Below, in pieces: positions 1-9,802 of a DNA stretch of 64,000 nucleotides. Source of the DNA: Candidatus Kaiserbacteria bacterium (GTDB lineage: Bacteria; Patescibacteriota; Minisyncoccia; Phycocordibacterales; UBA918); assembly GCA_019634005.1 (NCBI GenBank), contig JAHQWD010000003.1, positions 240,539 to 304,538 of the forward strand, written 5' to 3'. How positions within the stretch are numbered: position 1 is the stretch's first letter; the number at the start of each line of letters is the position of its first letter. Below the pieces are notes generated by a model. The model did no database searches and was not told where the DNA came from. It saw only the letters and a list, made by a program, of their open reading frames with translations. The position numbers and the translations under genes are program-made.

Positions 1-27
1 TTAATTAGAAGTATACAGTAAAGCGTC

Positions 28-306
28 ATGGCACATAGAAAAGCTGGTGGATCAGCAAAAAACCTAAGAGACTCGCAGCCGAAGTACCTCGGTGTGAAGC
101 GTGCAGATGGACAAGCCGTTAAAACCGGTGAGATTCTTGTGCGTCAGCGCGGTACCAAGATTGAAGCTGGAAAAAACGTGAAGGTTGGAAAAGACCACAC
201 ACTCTTCGCTATTGCAGACGGTATTGTTTCCTTCCGCAATGCACTGAAGACACGTTTCAATGGTCAGAGAGTGGCCAAGAAGGTCGTAGATGTAGTCTCT
301 GCGTAG
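28..306 (+). CDS. rpmA: 50S ribosomal protein L27
   Basis: 92 aa; N-terminal MAHKKAGGS-like motif and conserved [10 protein letters not shown] core typical of L27. Confidence 0.95.
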   Translation: MAHRKAGGSAKNLRDSQPKYLGVKRADGQAVKTGEILVRQRGTKIEAGKNVKVGKDHTLFAIADGIVSFRNALKTRFNGQRVAKKVVDVVSA

Positions 307-325
307 GATACTTCTCTCCTAAACA

Positions 326-357
326 AAAACCACTCCATTCGGGAGTGGTTTTTGTTA
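326..357 (+). terminator. rho-independent terminator after rpmA
   Basis: hairpin ccactcc-attcg-ggagtgg followed by tttttgtt. Confidence 0.6.
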
Positions 358-368
358 TACTTTTTTAC

Positions 369-1052
369 ATGAATCTTAAAGACAAGGTTGTACTAGCGCA
401 CCGAGGATTTGCTCACAGAAAATCCCACGAGAAATATCGAGAGAACTCTGTTGATGCCTGTAGAGAATCATCCCAAACAGACTATGTTGAGATTATAGAG
501 CTGGATCTAAGAAAATCTAAAGATGGCGTTCTTTACTGTCTCCACGGTAATCTCCTTGAGTATTCTTTCTTATTACAGTTCCCACGGATTTTCTCCTCAC
601 TTAGAGAACAATATAAGGCCGACTCCTTAGCAGATATCCTGGAAGTGATATCAAAAGATAAGATTGTATTTCTTGATATAAAAAGTACCAATATTACACG
701 CGATGATCTTCTTCACGTGTTCGAAGGTAGAGAGTTTAAGGAGGTGATCCTTGGGAACAAATCAGTCTCATTCCTTGATCGGTTCACTGACATGCCAGAG
801 AGTTTTACAAAGATATTAAATGGAAATATCTTTTGTAATTTCTATGATGTAGATAAGCTTGCGGAAAAAGGATTTACCTATTTTGAAGCTGTCTTCCCTT
901 TTCAGATTAGTAACAAGGCAGCTCACCGAGTTGCAAAAAGTGGTCTGATGTTTCGAATCTCTGGCTTTGGTTTCCTTACAAAAGAATCCTATTGGAAAGC
1001 TATCGAGAAATATAATATTACTCATGTGTCGAGTGATTTCATAGATATTTAA
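369..1052 (+). CDS. glycerophosphodiester phosphodiesterase (GDPD) family protein
   Basis: LAHRGF motif near N-terminus; AT-rich gene; start chosen at ATG 369, which is 7 nt after TGTTATACT extended -10 (leaderless pattern). Confidence 0.55.
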   Translation: MNLKDKVVLAHRGFAHRKSHEKYRENSVDACRESSQTDYVEIIELDLRKSKDGVLYCLHGNLLEYSFLLQFPRIFSSLREQYKADSLADILEVISKDKIVFLDIKSTNITRDDLLHVFEGREFKEVILGNKSVSFLDRFTDMPESFTKILNGNIFCNFYDVDKLAEKGFTYFEAVFPFQISNKAAHRVAKSGLMFRISGFGFLTKESYWKAIEKYNITHVSSDFIDI

Positions 1053-1085
1053 AAACACCCTCGGCTTATAGCGAGGGTGTTTTTA
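1051..1085. terminator. bidirectional hairpin terminator between convergent genes
   Basis: aaaaacaccctcg...cgagggtgtttt; A-run and T-run flank a 9 bp stem. Confidence 0.6.
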
Positions 1086-1095
1086 GAATCCTCCT

Positions 1096-1794
1096 TTACT
1101 GGATCACAATTGACGTGATCACCACTGGCTCTACTGGCACATCACGAACTCCTGTCTGCACCTTAGAGATAGCATCAACGACATCAAGACCAGAGACGAT
1201 TCGTCCAAAGACTGGGTGACGTGACGTAAACGGCTCCTTATTAAAGTCGAGCGCGGTATTATCCACCGTATTGATGAAGAACTGACTTCCTCCAGAGTTT
1301 GGCTGTCCTGTATTCGCCATCGCGATTGTTCCGCGAGTGTTAGAAAGCGATTCTCCCTCCACAAACTCATCCTGGATAGTGTACCCTGGTCCTCCTGTAC
1401 CATAGCTGAGTGCATCATCTCCCTTAGAGTTAGGATCTCCACCTTGAATCATAAAGCCATCGATAACCCGATGGAACTTTGTATCGTTGTAGAATCCTTC
1501 CTCGGCAAGCTTTACAAAGTTTGCGGTTGTAATCGGCATCTGCTCTTCAAAGAGCTCAAGTGTGATAATTCCTTTGTTTGTAGTGATGATTGCGGTTCTA
1601 TTCATAGTATTTGTAACTGCTGGATTAGCGAGTGATAATTCATCTGGCGAAAGTGGTCCCTGGAGTGTCGATGCTCCCTCAAGGAAAATCTCACTGGGAC
1701 GATCTGTATCTCTAAAGTCCGCCCACCATGCGAGAAATACGACAAGGACAATGGAGAATAGGAGTACTGCAATAATCTGATTCTTGTTTGCCAT
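1096..1794 (-). CDS. membrane-anchored cyclophilin-type peptidyl-prolyl cis-trans isomerase
   Basis: N-terminal TM helix then FHRVIDGFMIQGGDP and GTGGPGY cyclophilin motifs. Confidence 0.9.
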   Translation of the reverse strand: MANKNQIIAVLLFSIVLVVFLAWWADFRDTDRPSEIFLEGASTLQGPLSPDELSLANPAVTNTMNRTAIITTNKGIITLELFEEQMPITTANFVKLAEEGFYNDTKFHRVIDGFMIQGGDPNSKGDDALSYGTGGPGYTIQDEFVEGESLSNTRGTIAMANTGQPNSGGSQFFINTVDNTALDFNKEPFTSRHPVFGRIVSGLDVVDAISKVQTGVRDVPVEPVVITSIVIQ

Positions 1795-1795
1795 A

Positions 1796-2236
1796 CTATT
1801 CCTTTTCTACCTTTAGAGAGAATGTTCCTTTTTCTCCGCCTGCTGTGATAGCTACAGTATGCTCCCCCACTTCTTTAATTGGTTCTGTAAGCTCTACCTG
1901 AGACGCATGTAACTGTCCCACCTGCTCTGATACTGCGGTGGCAATATCGTCTGCTTTTAGTCCCTTGAAGAGCTTCCCTTCATCATTAGCAGATGCAGTG
2001 ATGGTTACCATAGCGTCCTTCAACTTTGATAGAGTCTCCAGGAATGCCTCCTGAGACGCTTCAGCCTCTGCATTTTTCTTACCTGTACGTGCCTCTACCC
2101 GCTTTACGTTTGCTGGTGTTGCAGGCTCTGCAAGTTTCTTAGGGATTAAAAAGTTAAGTGCGTGTCCGTCTGGTACTTCCTTTATCTCAAACTGACGTCC
2201 GATACGGGCTACGTCTTGTAACAAAATGACTTTCAT
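1796..2236 (-). CDS. rplI: 50S ribosomal protein L9
   Basis: MKVILLQDV...GRQFEIKEV N-terminus typical of L9; 146 aa. Confidence 0.9.
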   Translation of the reverse strand: MKVILLQDVARIGRQFEIKEVPDGHALNFLIPKKLAEPATPANVKRVEARTGKKNAEAEASQEAFLETLSKLKDAMVTITASANDEGKLFKGLKADDIATAVSEQVGQLHASQVELTEPIKEVGEHTVAITAGGEKGTFSLKVEKE

Positions 2237-2254
2237 AGGGGGTTACTATACCAT

Positions 2255-3538
2255 CTAGCCTCCAAGATACTCAAGTGCGGCATCAAATTGTGGATCTTCA
2301 CCTGGCACAAGCGTTTCAAAATCAATAGGAATAACCATATCTGGTTCAAGCCCATTTTCGGAAATAGACCGTCCTTCTGGAGTGAACCACCGTGCAATCG
2401 TCACTTTCAGTGACGCTCCTGTACCAAGCTCTACAAGCTCTTGTACCGATCCTTTTCCAAAAGTTTTCATACCGATGAGTGTTGCTACCCCGTGCTCTTG
2501 GAGTGCGCCTGCAAGGATCTCTGATGCAGATGCAGACCCCTGATCAACAAGTACCACCATCTTCTCTGGAGCGTATTCACCAAGCATCTTTCCCTGACTT
2601 CGATACACTTGCTCGTCATCTCCTCCAAAACCTTCACGTACTACCACCTCCCCCGCGGGAAGGAAATAGCTTGCGATAGAGACCGCGCTCTGAAGATATC
2701 CTCCTGGGTTAGAGCGAAGATCGATAATTATCTTATTCGTGCCACTCTCAACATATTCTCGAAGTGCCTCCTGCATACGAGACTCTGCGAGTGCATTAAA
2801 GCTATAGAGTTCAATAACAAAGACATCTCCCTCGGTACGTGTCCGAACGGTCGGCACAGCGATTGTGTCTCGAGTAATAGAAACCTCTGTAAGCTCTGTC
2901 CTTCCTTCTCGGTAGATGGTCAGTACTACTTCTGTCCCTTCCTCCCCGCGAATAAGCTGTACTGCCTCATCAATGCTCATACCCTCTGTAGAGGCTCCAT
3001 CGATACGCATGACGATGTCCCCCGAGAGCAATCCAGCACGCTCTGCAGGAGTGTCGGGAAGTGGTGCAATGATGGTCACCATCTTGTCACGAATACCCAC
3101 CTCCATTCCTACACCACTGAAGTTCCCAGAAATGTCTTCATGGAATTGCTCCGACTCTTTTGGCGGAAGGAACACGGTGTATGGATCTCCATAGGCATCT
3201 ACCAATCCTTGAATGGCACCCTCAACACGCTCCTCTTGAGTAACCGCGTCAGTGGACGATGCTGAGACGAACTTCTTCTCAAGCAGATTCCACACAAGCC
3301 AAAACTCCTCGAGATCAACCTCATCAGCAACAGGAGCCTCGCGGAAGAAGAGATCTCCAAGACTCGCCTGCTGTCCTGCGTGACTGCTCCCCATGTGGAG
3401 TCCTGAGATAAACGTTGCCCCCGCAAGTGCAAGGGAGAGTCCAACACCAAGAAGTGGAAACTTCTTTACCTCATCATCACGATCTCTTTGTTCCGTATTC
3501 ATGGGGCTATTATGGCATGGATCGAGTTGTTTATACAA
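2255..3538 (-). CDS. ctpA: carboxyl-terminal processing protease (S41, CtpA-like)
   Basis: PDZ region plus DLRSNPGG, GSASASEILAG and TFGKGSVQ S41 motifs; signal/TM at N-terminus; true start may be internal Met near 3502. Confidence 0.9.
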   Translation of the reverse strand: MYKQLDPCHNSPMNTEQRDRDDEVKKFPLLGVGLSLALAGATFISGLHMGSSHAGQQASLGDLFFREAPVADEVDLEEFWLVWNLLEKKFVSASSTDAVTQEERVEGAIQGLVDAYGDPYTVFLPPKESEQFHEDISGNFSGVGMEVGIRDKMVTIIAPLPDTPAERAGLLSGDIVMRIDGASTEGMSIDEAVQLIRGEEGTEVVLTIYREGRTELTEVSITRDTIAVPTVRTRTEGDVFVIELYSFNALAESRMQEALREYVESGTNKIIIDLRSNPGGYLQSAVSIASYFLPAGEVVVREGFGGDDEQVYRSQGKMLGEYAPEKMVVLVDQGSASASEILAGALQEHGVATLIGMKTFGKGSVQELVELGTGASLKVTIARWFTPEGRSISENGLEPDMVIPIDFETLVPGEDPQFDAALEYLGG

Positions 3539-3579
3539 AGTCTCGGCGTGGAGTACTTTCTGCTATACTAGAAACATCT

Positions 3580-4491
3580 ATGATTGAGACATATAAACAA
3601 GGATCCCTGACCTGGGTGGATGCACGCGAGCCGTCGAACGAAGAGATACGAGAAATTATTGATACCTATGATTTGTCTCCTGCACTTCTGACAAATCTTT
3701 CCTCACCACACTCACATTTAAACTCTCTCTGTGTTGGAAAAACATTTAAAGTGACATTCCATTTCCCTGTCGTAAAGCGTAAGGATATGGACCGTCCGCA
3801 CGAAGTAACCTTCATTGTGACAAAGGATACACTCATCACACTTCGTTACGAGACCATGGAAGCAATACATCGTTTCAAAAAAGAATTTGAGGTTATTGCA
3901 ACACTCTACAAGACCACAAAGCGTGCGCATGGCGTACACCTCTTCTATGCGCTCTTGAATGAATGTTATGACTCTCTCAATGCAAAATTGGACTACCTGC
4001 ACTCCAAGCATGAGCATATTGAACAAGAAGTCTTTACAGGAAATGAGAAAGAGGCTGTCTTTAATATCTCTGATGTAAATAGACGTCTTATCTCCTTTCG
4101 GCAGACACTCAAAGTACATGATTCCATGCTCTCTGCATCACGACGTCATATCAATGAATGTTTCTCTGAAGAACATGCGCAAGGACTTGATGATATTGAA
4201 AGTCAGTATCGTCTTCTTAACAAACGAGCACAGACGCTTTCGGAGTCGGTTGAAGCACTCCACAACACAAACTTTGCACTCTTGACTGCAAAGCAGAATG
4301 AGACCATGAAAATATTCACCATCATGGCCTTTGTCACCTTCCCGCTGACACTCTTCACTTCCCTGTTTGGTATGAACACGCAAACGACACCGATTATTGG
4401 TCAGGAAGGAGATTTCTGGTTCATCGTTGCTATTATGATCACCATCACCATCGGATTCTTTGCATACTTTAAGCATAAGCGATGGATCTAA
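3580..4491 (+). CDS. corA: CorA family Mg2+/Co2+ transporter
   Basis: C-terminal two TM helices with GMN motif (FGMNTQ); start set at ATG 3580, 10 nt after TGCTATACT. Confidence 0.8.
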   Translation: MIETYKQGSLTWVDAREPSNEEIREIIDTYDLSPALLTNLSSPHSHLNSLCVGKTFKVTFHFPVVKRKDMDRPHEVTFIVTKDTLITLRYETMEAIHRFKKEFEVIATLYKTTKRAHGVHLFYALLNECYDSLNAKLDYLHSKHEHIEQEVFTGNEKEAVFNISDVNRRLISFRQTLKVHDSMLSASRRHINECFSEEHAQGLDDIESQYRLLNKRAQTLSESVEALHNTNFALLTAKQNETMKIFTIMAFVTFPLTLFTSLFGMNTQTTPIIGQEGDFWFIVAIMITITIGFFAYFKHKRWI

Positions 4492-5948
4492 AAATGTTCT
4501 CCTTCTTCCGAAAAAAACCGCGTACGGACGCTCCACTTTCTCTGTTTAATACAGAGACAAGACGAAAGGATATCTTCACTGCACGAAAGAATCGTGAGGT
4601 AACCATGTATACGTGTGGGAACACCGTTTATGACTACGCACACATCGGAAACCTAAGTTCTTTTCTCATGCCTGATATTCTCCGAAGAGTGCTGAGAGAG
4701 CACGGATATGAGGTGAAGCACACCATTAACTTTACAGATTTTGGCCACCTTACCGATGACGGTGATGCAGGTGAAGACAAGATGATGAAGGCGCTCAAGC
4801 GTGAAGGGAAAGCAGTCACCCTCTCTGCAATGCGTGATGTCGCAGATGTCTATATCAATGCATTTAAAGAGGATATGGACGCACTCAATATGCTCACCCC
4901 TACCACATACGCACGTGCAAGTGATTATGTTCGTGAACAGATTGCTTTGGTAAAGACCTTACTGGATAAGGGCTATGCCTACGAAACCAGTGACGGTGTG
5001 TACTTTGAGGTCTCAAAGTTCCCAACGTATGGACGTCTTGGAAACGTAGATATCAATAAGATCCGTGAAGGTGCTCGTGTGGAGGCAAACCCAGAGAAAC
5101 ATCATCCTGCAGACTTTGCACTGTGGAAGAAAGGAATGCTTGGTTGGGACAGTGACTGGGGTAAGGGATTCCCGGGATGGCACATAGAGTGTACCGCCAT
5201 GATTTTCTCGACACTTGGTAAACAGATAGACATCCATACTGGAGGAGAGGATCTGCAGCATACCCATCACAATGGAGAGATTGCTCAAGCTGAGGCAATC
5301 ACAAAGAAAAAATACGTAAACTACTGGCTCCACACCGCGTTTATCACCATTGATAACAAAAAGTTTGCGAAATCTGAAGGCAACGGTATTACGCTTCGTC
5401 ATCTTATGGATAAGGGGTACACTCCTGACACGTATCGGTACTGGCTCCTCTCCCGACACTATCGCACACAAGCCAACTTCTCCTTTGAGGCACTTGATGG
5501 AGCAAAGCAGGCACTCTTTCGTCTGAAGCGACATTTCTTTGAGGAGTATCTACCAAAAGCAAAAGAGAGAGGAGACGTACGGGTGGTGTACTGGAACCGT
5601 TTTATGGATGCGCTCAATGATGATCTCGATACACCAAAGGCACTTGCTGTTTTGTGGAATCTTATAAAAGACACTGAAGTGCCTGTAGAAGATAAGGTGG
5701 CAACACTGCTTAGGATGGACTCCATTTTAGGTATCGGACTTTCTGACACACCAGATAAAGCACGGCGAGAACTTGGTATCATCAATGTGGAAGACATACC
5801 TCAAGATGTCCAAGAGCTTATGACCAAACGTGAAGAAGCGCGGAAGAAAAAGGACTGGGACGAGGCAGATAGATTACGAGAGGAGCTCAATATGAAGGGC
5901 TATTCTGTTGAAGATACGCCAGAAGGAGCAAAGGTGGTGAAAGTGTAA
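4482..5948 (+). CDS. cysS: cysteine--tRNA ligase
   Basis: LSLFNTETRRKDIF...MYTCGNTVYDYAHIGN (HIGH region) and KFAKSEGN (KMSKS-like); start is ATG 4482 or 4494 (overlaps the corA stop). Confidence 0.95.
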   Translation: MDLKMFSFFRKKPRTDAPLSLFNTETRRKDIFTARKNREVTMYTCGNTVYDYAHIGNLSSFLMPDILRRVLREHGYEVKHTINFTDFGHLTDDGDAGEDKMMKALKREGKAVTLSAMRDVADVYINAFKEDMDALNMLTPTTYARASDYVREQIALVKTLLDKGYAYETSDGVYFEVSKFPTYGRLGNVDINKIREGARVEANPEKHHPADFALWKKGMLGWDSDWGKGFPGWHIECTAMIFSTLGKQIDIHTGGEDLQHTHHNGEIAQAEAITKKKYVNYWLHTAFITIDNKKFAKSEGNGITLRHLMDKGYTPDTYRYWLLSRHYRTQANFSFEALDGAKQALFRLKRHFFEEYLPKAKERGDVRVVYWNRFMDALNDDLDTPKALAVLWNLIKDTEVPVEDKVATLLRMDSILGIGLSDTPDKARRELGIINVEDIPQDVQELMTKREEARKKKDWDEADRLREELNMKGYSVEDTPEGAKVVKV

Positions 5949-6016
5949 GTTATCCACCCGAAATCCCCTTTTTCCACTGAAATCGGAATATATACATCTG
6001 TGCTAGAATGTCTCTA

Positions 6017-7438
6017 ATGGCAGATGCACGGGTGAACAAGTCTGAAAGTACCAAGAGTCGTCTTTTGCGTACTCCCCCACAAAACCTTGATGCAGAACGT
6101 GCACTTCTCGGTGCAATCATGCTCAAGCCAGAGACCATGCACGACGTCTCGGTGACGGTATATCCTGAAAGTTTCTATGCAGATAAGCATCGAGAGATCT
6201 TCCGTGCAATCCTCGATCTCTTTACCAAAGGAGATCCTATCGATCTTCTTTCTGTTACCACGAAGCTGAAGACACGTGAACAACTTGATCGCGTCGGTGG
6301 TGCAAGCTACATCACTGAGCTTGTAGAGACTGTCCCTGCTGCAGGTAACGCCCTCTACTATGCAGAGCTTGTACAGAACAAGTCCATTCTCCGTGGACTT
6401 ATTAACGCTGCACAAGATATTGCAGAGATTGGATATTCTGACCCAGAGAATGTGGATGAGGCAATGGATGCGGCGGAAAAGAAGGTGTTCCAGGTCACCA
6501 ACGCCCCAACCACACAGAAGTTTACCCCTATTGGTTCTTCCCTCACCGAGGCATGGGATCGGTTTGAGAAATTGAACTCTTCGAAAGATGACGTGCACCG
6601 AGGAATCCCGACTGGATTCTCTGCACTTGATAGCCTCCTCTCTGGTTTCCAGAAGTCTGACCTCATCATTCTCGCAGCTCGTCCTTCTATGGGTAAGACC
6701 ACATTTGCACTTGATATCGCACGAAATGCTGCGGTGCAGTTTGGGAAGTCTGTCGGTATCTTCTCCCTTGAGATGAGTGACCAACAACTTGTGGATCGTA
6801 TGCTTGCAGCAGAAGCACAGGTGGACTCGTGGAAACTCCGTACAGGAAAGCTTTCAAATGATCAGGAGTTTGAGGCGGTACAAAGCGCCATGGCAAAGCT
6901 CTCTGAAGCACCGATTCATATCGATGACCAACCAGGAAACAACATTTTGAAAATGCGTTCGTCTGCCCGACGTCTCAAGAACGAGCATGGACTTGATCTT
7001 CTGGTTGTCGACTACCTTCAGCTTATGAGTCCAACCACCACCAAAGCAAGTGACTCGATGGTGCAGCAAGTAACTGAGATATCTCGTTCCTTGAAGATTC
7101 TTGCACGAGAACTCGATGTACCTGTTGTTGCACTTTCACAGCTCTCTCGTGCAGTAGAGCAACGTGGTGGAAAGCCTCGACTCTCAGACCTTCGAGATTC
7201 TGGTTCTATCGAGCAGGATGCCGATGTGGTTATGTTCATTCACCGCGAGGATAAGATGAATAAAGACCAGGCGGCCGATCGTCCCAATATCGCAGAGATT
7301 CTTGTGGAGAAGCATCGAAACGGACCTGTTGGACACGCAGAACTCTATTTTGACGAGAAGCACGTACGCTTCCTTTCACTTGATACACACCATGCAGGTA
7401 TGGATACTGGCATAACTGCTTCAGATGATGACTTCTAG
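6017..7438 (+). CDS. dnaB: replicative DNA helicase DnaB
   Basis: N-terminal LDAERALLGAIML domain; RecA-like C-terminal domain with GKTTFALD Walker A and DYLQLM; ATG 6017 lies 7 nt after TGCTAGAAT (alternative ATG at 6008 sits inside the -10). Confidence 0.95.
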   Translation: MADARVNKSESTKSRLLRTPPQNLDAERALLGAIMLKPETMHDVSVTVYPESFYADKHREIFRAILDLFTKGDPIDLLSVTTKLKTREQLDRVGGASYITELVETVPAAGNALYYAELVQNKSILRGLINAAQDIAEIGYSDPENVDEAMDAAEKKVFQVTNAPTTQKFTPIGSSLTEAWDRFEKLNSSKDDVHRGIPTGFSALDSLLSGFQKSDLIILAARPSMGKTTFALDIARNAAVQFGKSVGIFSLEMSDQQLVDRMLAAEAQVDSWKLRTGKLSNDQEFEAVQSAMAKLSEAPIHIDDQPGNNILKMRSSARRLKNEHGLDLLVVDYLQLMSPTTTKASDSMVQQVTEISRSLKILARELDVPVVALSQLSRAVEQRGGKPRLSDLRDSGSIEQDADVVMFIHREDKMNKDQAADRPNIAEILVEKHRNGPVGHAELYFDEKHVRFLSLDTHHAGMDTGITASDDDF

Positions 7439-7441
7439 ACT

Positions 7442-8053
7442 ATGACCACCCTTGAGAATCTTATACAACATTTTGAGCGCTTCCCTGGTGTCGGACCCCG
7501 TCAGGCACGTCGTTTTGCGCACCATCTCCTCACCAACGAGTCTTCAGATAACCAACAGCTTGCAGATCTTATCGGACGACTCAAAGATAATGTTGCGACC
7601 TGCACCAGTTGTTTTCGTTTTTATACAAAAAACGGTGGTGGTAATCTTTGCCACATCTGTGCGGACGAACGAAGAGATCACGCGCGTCTCACCATCGTAG
7701 AACGTGACTCTGATATCACGCCAATTGAACGCTCTGACACCTACGACGGTCTCTACTTTGTACTTGGCGGGACCGCCCCACTCTTGGAATCTGAAGATAC
7801 TAAGAAGCTTCGTGGTGGTGCTCTAAAGCGCATTGTGACCGAGCGCGCAGGAGATCTCTCTGAGATCATCCTTGCCTTTTCAGTGAACCCAGATGGAGAG
7901 AATACTGCACGATTTGTACGCTCTATTATTTCAGAGATTGCTGAAGAACATGAGATCACCATTACCCAACTTGGCCGTGGACTTTCTACTGGGTCAGAGC
8001 TGGAGTATGCGGATCCAGAGACTATCAAGAATGCGTTGGAGAATAGGCACTAG
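7442..8053 (+). CDS. recR: recombination protein RecR
   Basis: LIQHFERFPGVGPRQARR HhH motif, C4 zinc finger (CTSC...CHIC), Toprim region; 4 nt after the dnaB stop. Confidence 0.95.
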   Translation: MTTLENLIQHFERFPGVGPRQARRFAHHLLTNESSDNQQLADLIGRLKDNVATCTSCFRFYTKNGGGNLCHICADERRDHARLTIVERDSDITPIERSDTYDGLYFVLGGTAPLLESEDTKKLRGGALKRIVTERAGDLSEIILAFSVNPDGENTARFVRSIISEIAEEHEITITQLGRGLSTGSELEYADPETIKNALENRH

Positions 8054-8105
8054 GATGGGTGTATACTAAACCATAGAGGATCACACCAAGATAAGGAGTA
8101 TTGTC

Positions 8106-8279
8106 ATGAGAAGACTGTCACGTACGGCCGCACTCGCAGCACTCCTTCTCTCGGGGTGCGCACATACAGACGTGGAATGGAGAAACGCTCTTGATCCAGA
8201 GACTTCCGAACCTTTGGAGTTGAAACTGATCAAAGGCTGTGGATCTAAGATCTTTGTCTGTTTTAGAATAACACCCTAA
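8106..8279 (+). CDS. small putative lipoprotein (57 aa), not in ORF track
   Basis: MRRLSRTAALAALLLSGC: signal peptide with lipobox LSGC; AAGGAG SD upstream; below the 60 aa ORF-track cutoff. Confidence 0.4.
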   Translation: MRRLSRTAALAALLLSGCAHTDVEWRNALDPETSEPLELKLIKGCGSKIFVCFRITP

Positions 8280-8296
8280 ACTGTATCTTTTGGACA

Positions 8297-8322
8297 GTAA
8301 AAAAGCGGCCTTGCGGCCGCTT
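8297..8322 (-). terminator. rho-independent terminator for rplU
   Basis: agcggcc-ttgc-ggccgct hairpin; the minus strand reads the hairpin followed by a T-run. Confidence 0.6.
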
Positions 8323-8327
8323 TCCTG

Positions 8328-8666
8328 TTAGATCTTCTCGATCTGTACCCGTGCGTAGTGCTGTCGGTGACCAATTTTTCGGTCTCGGTTACTCTTCGCC
8401 TTGAAACGGATGATAGAGAGTTTCTTTCCTTTTTTCTCTCCCTGATAGGTTGCAGATACTTTTGCTCCCTTGATATATGGGTCTCCGATAGTAGTATCCT
8501 TACCATTATCTACCATAAGGACCTTATCGAACTCTACCTTATCTCCCTCCTTGAGATCTCCAAGAAGCTCCACATCAATAACATCGCCTGCTGAGACCAT
8601 GTACTGCTTTCCACCAGTCTCAATGACGGCGAATTCGTCTTTTGTTGTTTTCTTTGTATCTGCCAT
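8328..8666 (-). CDS. rplU: 50S ribosomal protein L21
   Basis: FAVIETGGKQYMV...IDVE N-terminus characteristic of L21; 112 aa. Confidence 0.95.
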   Translation of the reverse strand: MADTKKTTKDEFAVIETGGKQYMVSAGDVIDVELLGDLKEGDKVEFDKVLMVDNGKDTTIGDPYIKGAKVSATYQGEKKGKKLSIIRFKAKSNRDRKIGHRQHYARVQIEKI

Positions 8667-8710
8667 AAGTGCGCCCGATTGTACAAGAAAAGGCGGAAAA
8701 GTGCAATATC

Positions 8711-9790
8711 TTATTCCTTGTTCGGCCGTTCAAGCGAAAGCTGCTCTACTTCAAGCGCCTCCCCAGTGATTTTAAGCACATCCTTGTCTACCTTCCCTAA
8801 TTCCTTCTGCGCTGCATTATAGTGATTCACGGTCGTACCGAGAGAGTTTCCTACCTTCACGAAGTACTCATCATAGGCCTTCAGATGCCGTGAGAGCTTC
8901 TCTACCTGCTTCCCTATCTCTTTGGCAGACTCCTCAATTTTAAACGCTCTGAAGCCATAGAGGACACTCTGAAGGTATGCAGCGAATGTCGTTGGAGACA
9001 CGATGATCACATTCTTATCCTTATACGCGTAGTCTATGAGTGATCGTGTATTTGCCTTCACCGTACCCACCTCATTCACGAGAAGATCGTAATAGATTGC
9101 TTCTGCAGGGATGTACATAAACGCAAATGGGAGTGTGCCGTCCTTTGGACGGATATACTTGGCGGTCTCATCGATACGCTTCTTGAGATCGTTCTTGAAC
9201 TCCTTCTCAAGGGTCATACGCACATCATCATCCTCTTCATCTACCAATCTCCTGTAGTTATCCAAGGAGAACTTTGCATCAACGGGAATCATGCCATCTT
9301 TCGTCTCAATGATCGCGTCCACAATATCTCCTCCAGGAAATTGATACTGCACCTTATACGCAGTCGCAGGAAGCATGTTCTCTAAAGCAAGCTGAAGCGA
9401 TGCCTCACCAAGGTTTCCTCGCTGTTTCTGATGTTTCAATACTTTCTCGAGATTCTGGAGTTGTTCTGCAACGGTAAATACCTGTTTTGAAGACTCCGAT
9501 ACCTCTGCCACACTCTTCACCACCCCCATGAGTTGCTCGTTCATCTCCTTATTGATATCACGGATCAGTTTCTGACTCTCGGAAAACTGTGTCTGCACTG
9601 ATCGATGCATACGTTCTGTAGTCTCCCCCATCCGTTCATCCATAGTGCGGGTCAGTTGTTGGAGTTGTTGCTGAAGTAGGAGGAGTCCATCCTGATTCAT
9701 TTCATCGTCACGTCGGATGAAGAATATATAGACCAGGACGCCCAAAATAGCCAAGAGGAGGACGAGAATCAGTATCTGTAGTGTTTCCAT
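8711..9790 (-). CDS. rmuC: DNA recombination protein RmuC
   Basis: N-terminal TM, long coiled coil, C-terminal RmuC nuclease-like region (YDLLVNEVGTVKAN...YAY); 359 aa. Confidence 0.8.
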   Translation of the reverse strand: METLQILILVLLLAILGVLVYIFFIRRDDEMNQDGLLLLQQQLQQLTRTMDERMGETTERMHRSVQTQFSESQKLIRDINKEMNEQLMGVVKSVAEVSESSKQVFTVAEQLQNLEKVLKHQKQRGNLGEASLQLALENMLPATAYKVQYQFPGGDIVDAIIETKDGMIPVDAKFSLDNYRRLVDEEDDDVRMTLEKEFKNDLKKRIDETAKYIRPKDGTLPFAFMYIPAEAIYYDLLVNEVGTVKANTRSLIDYAYKDKNVIIVSPTTFAAYLQSVLYGFRAFKIEESAKEIGKQVEKLSRHLKAYDEYFVKVGNSLGTTVNHYNAAQKELGKVDKDVLKITGEALEVEQLSLERPNKE

Positions 9791-9802
9791 GCCTCAAGTA
9801 TA

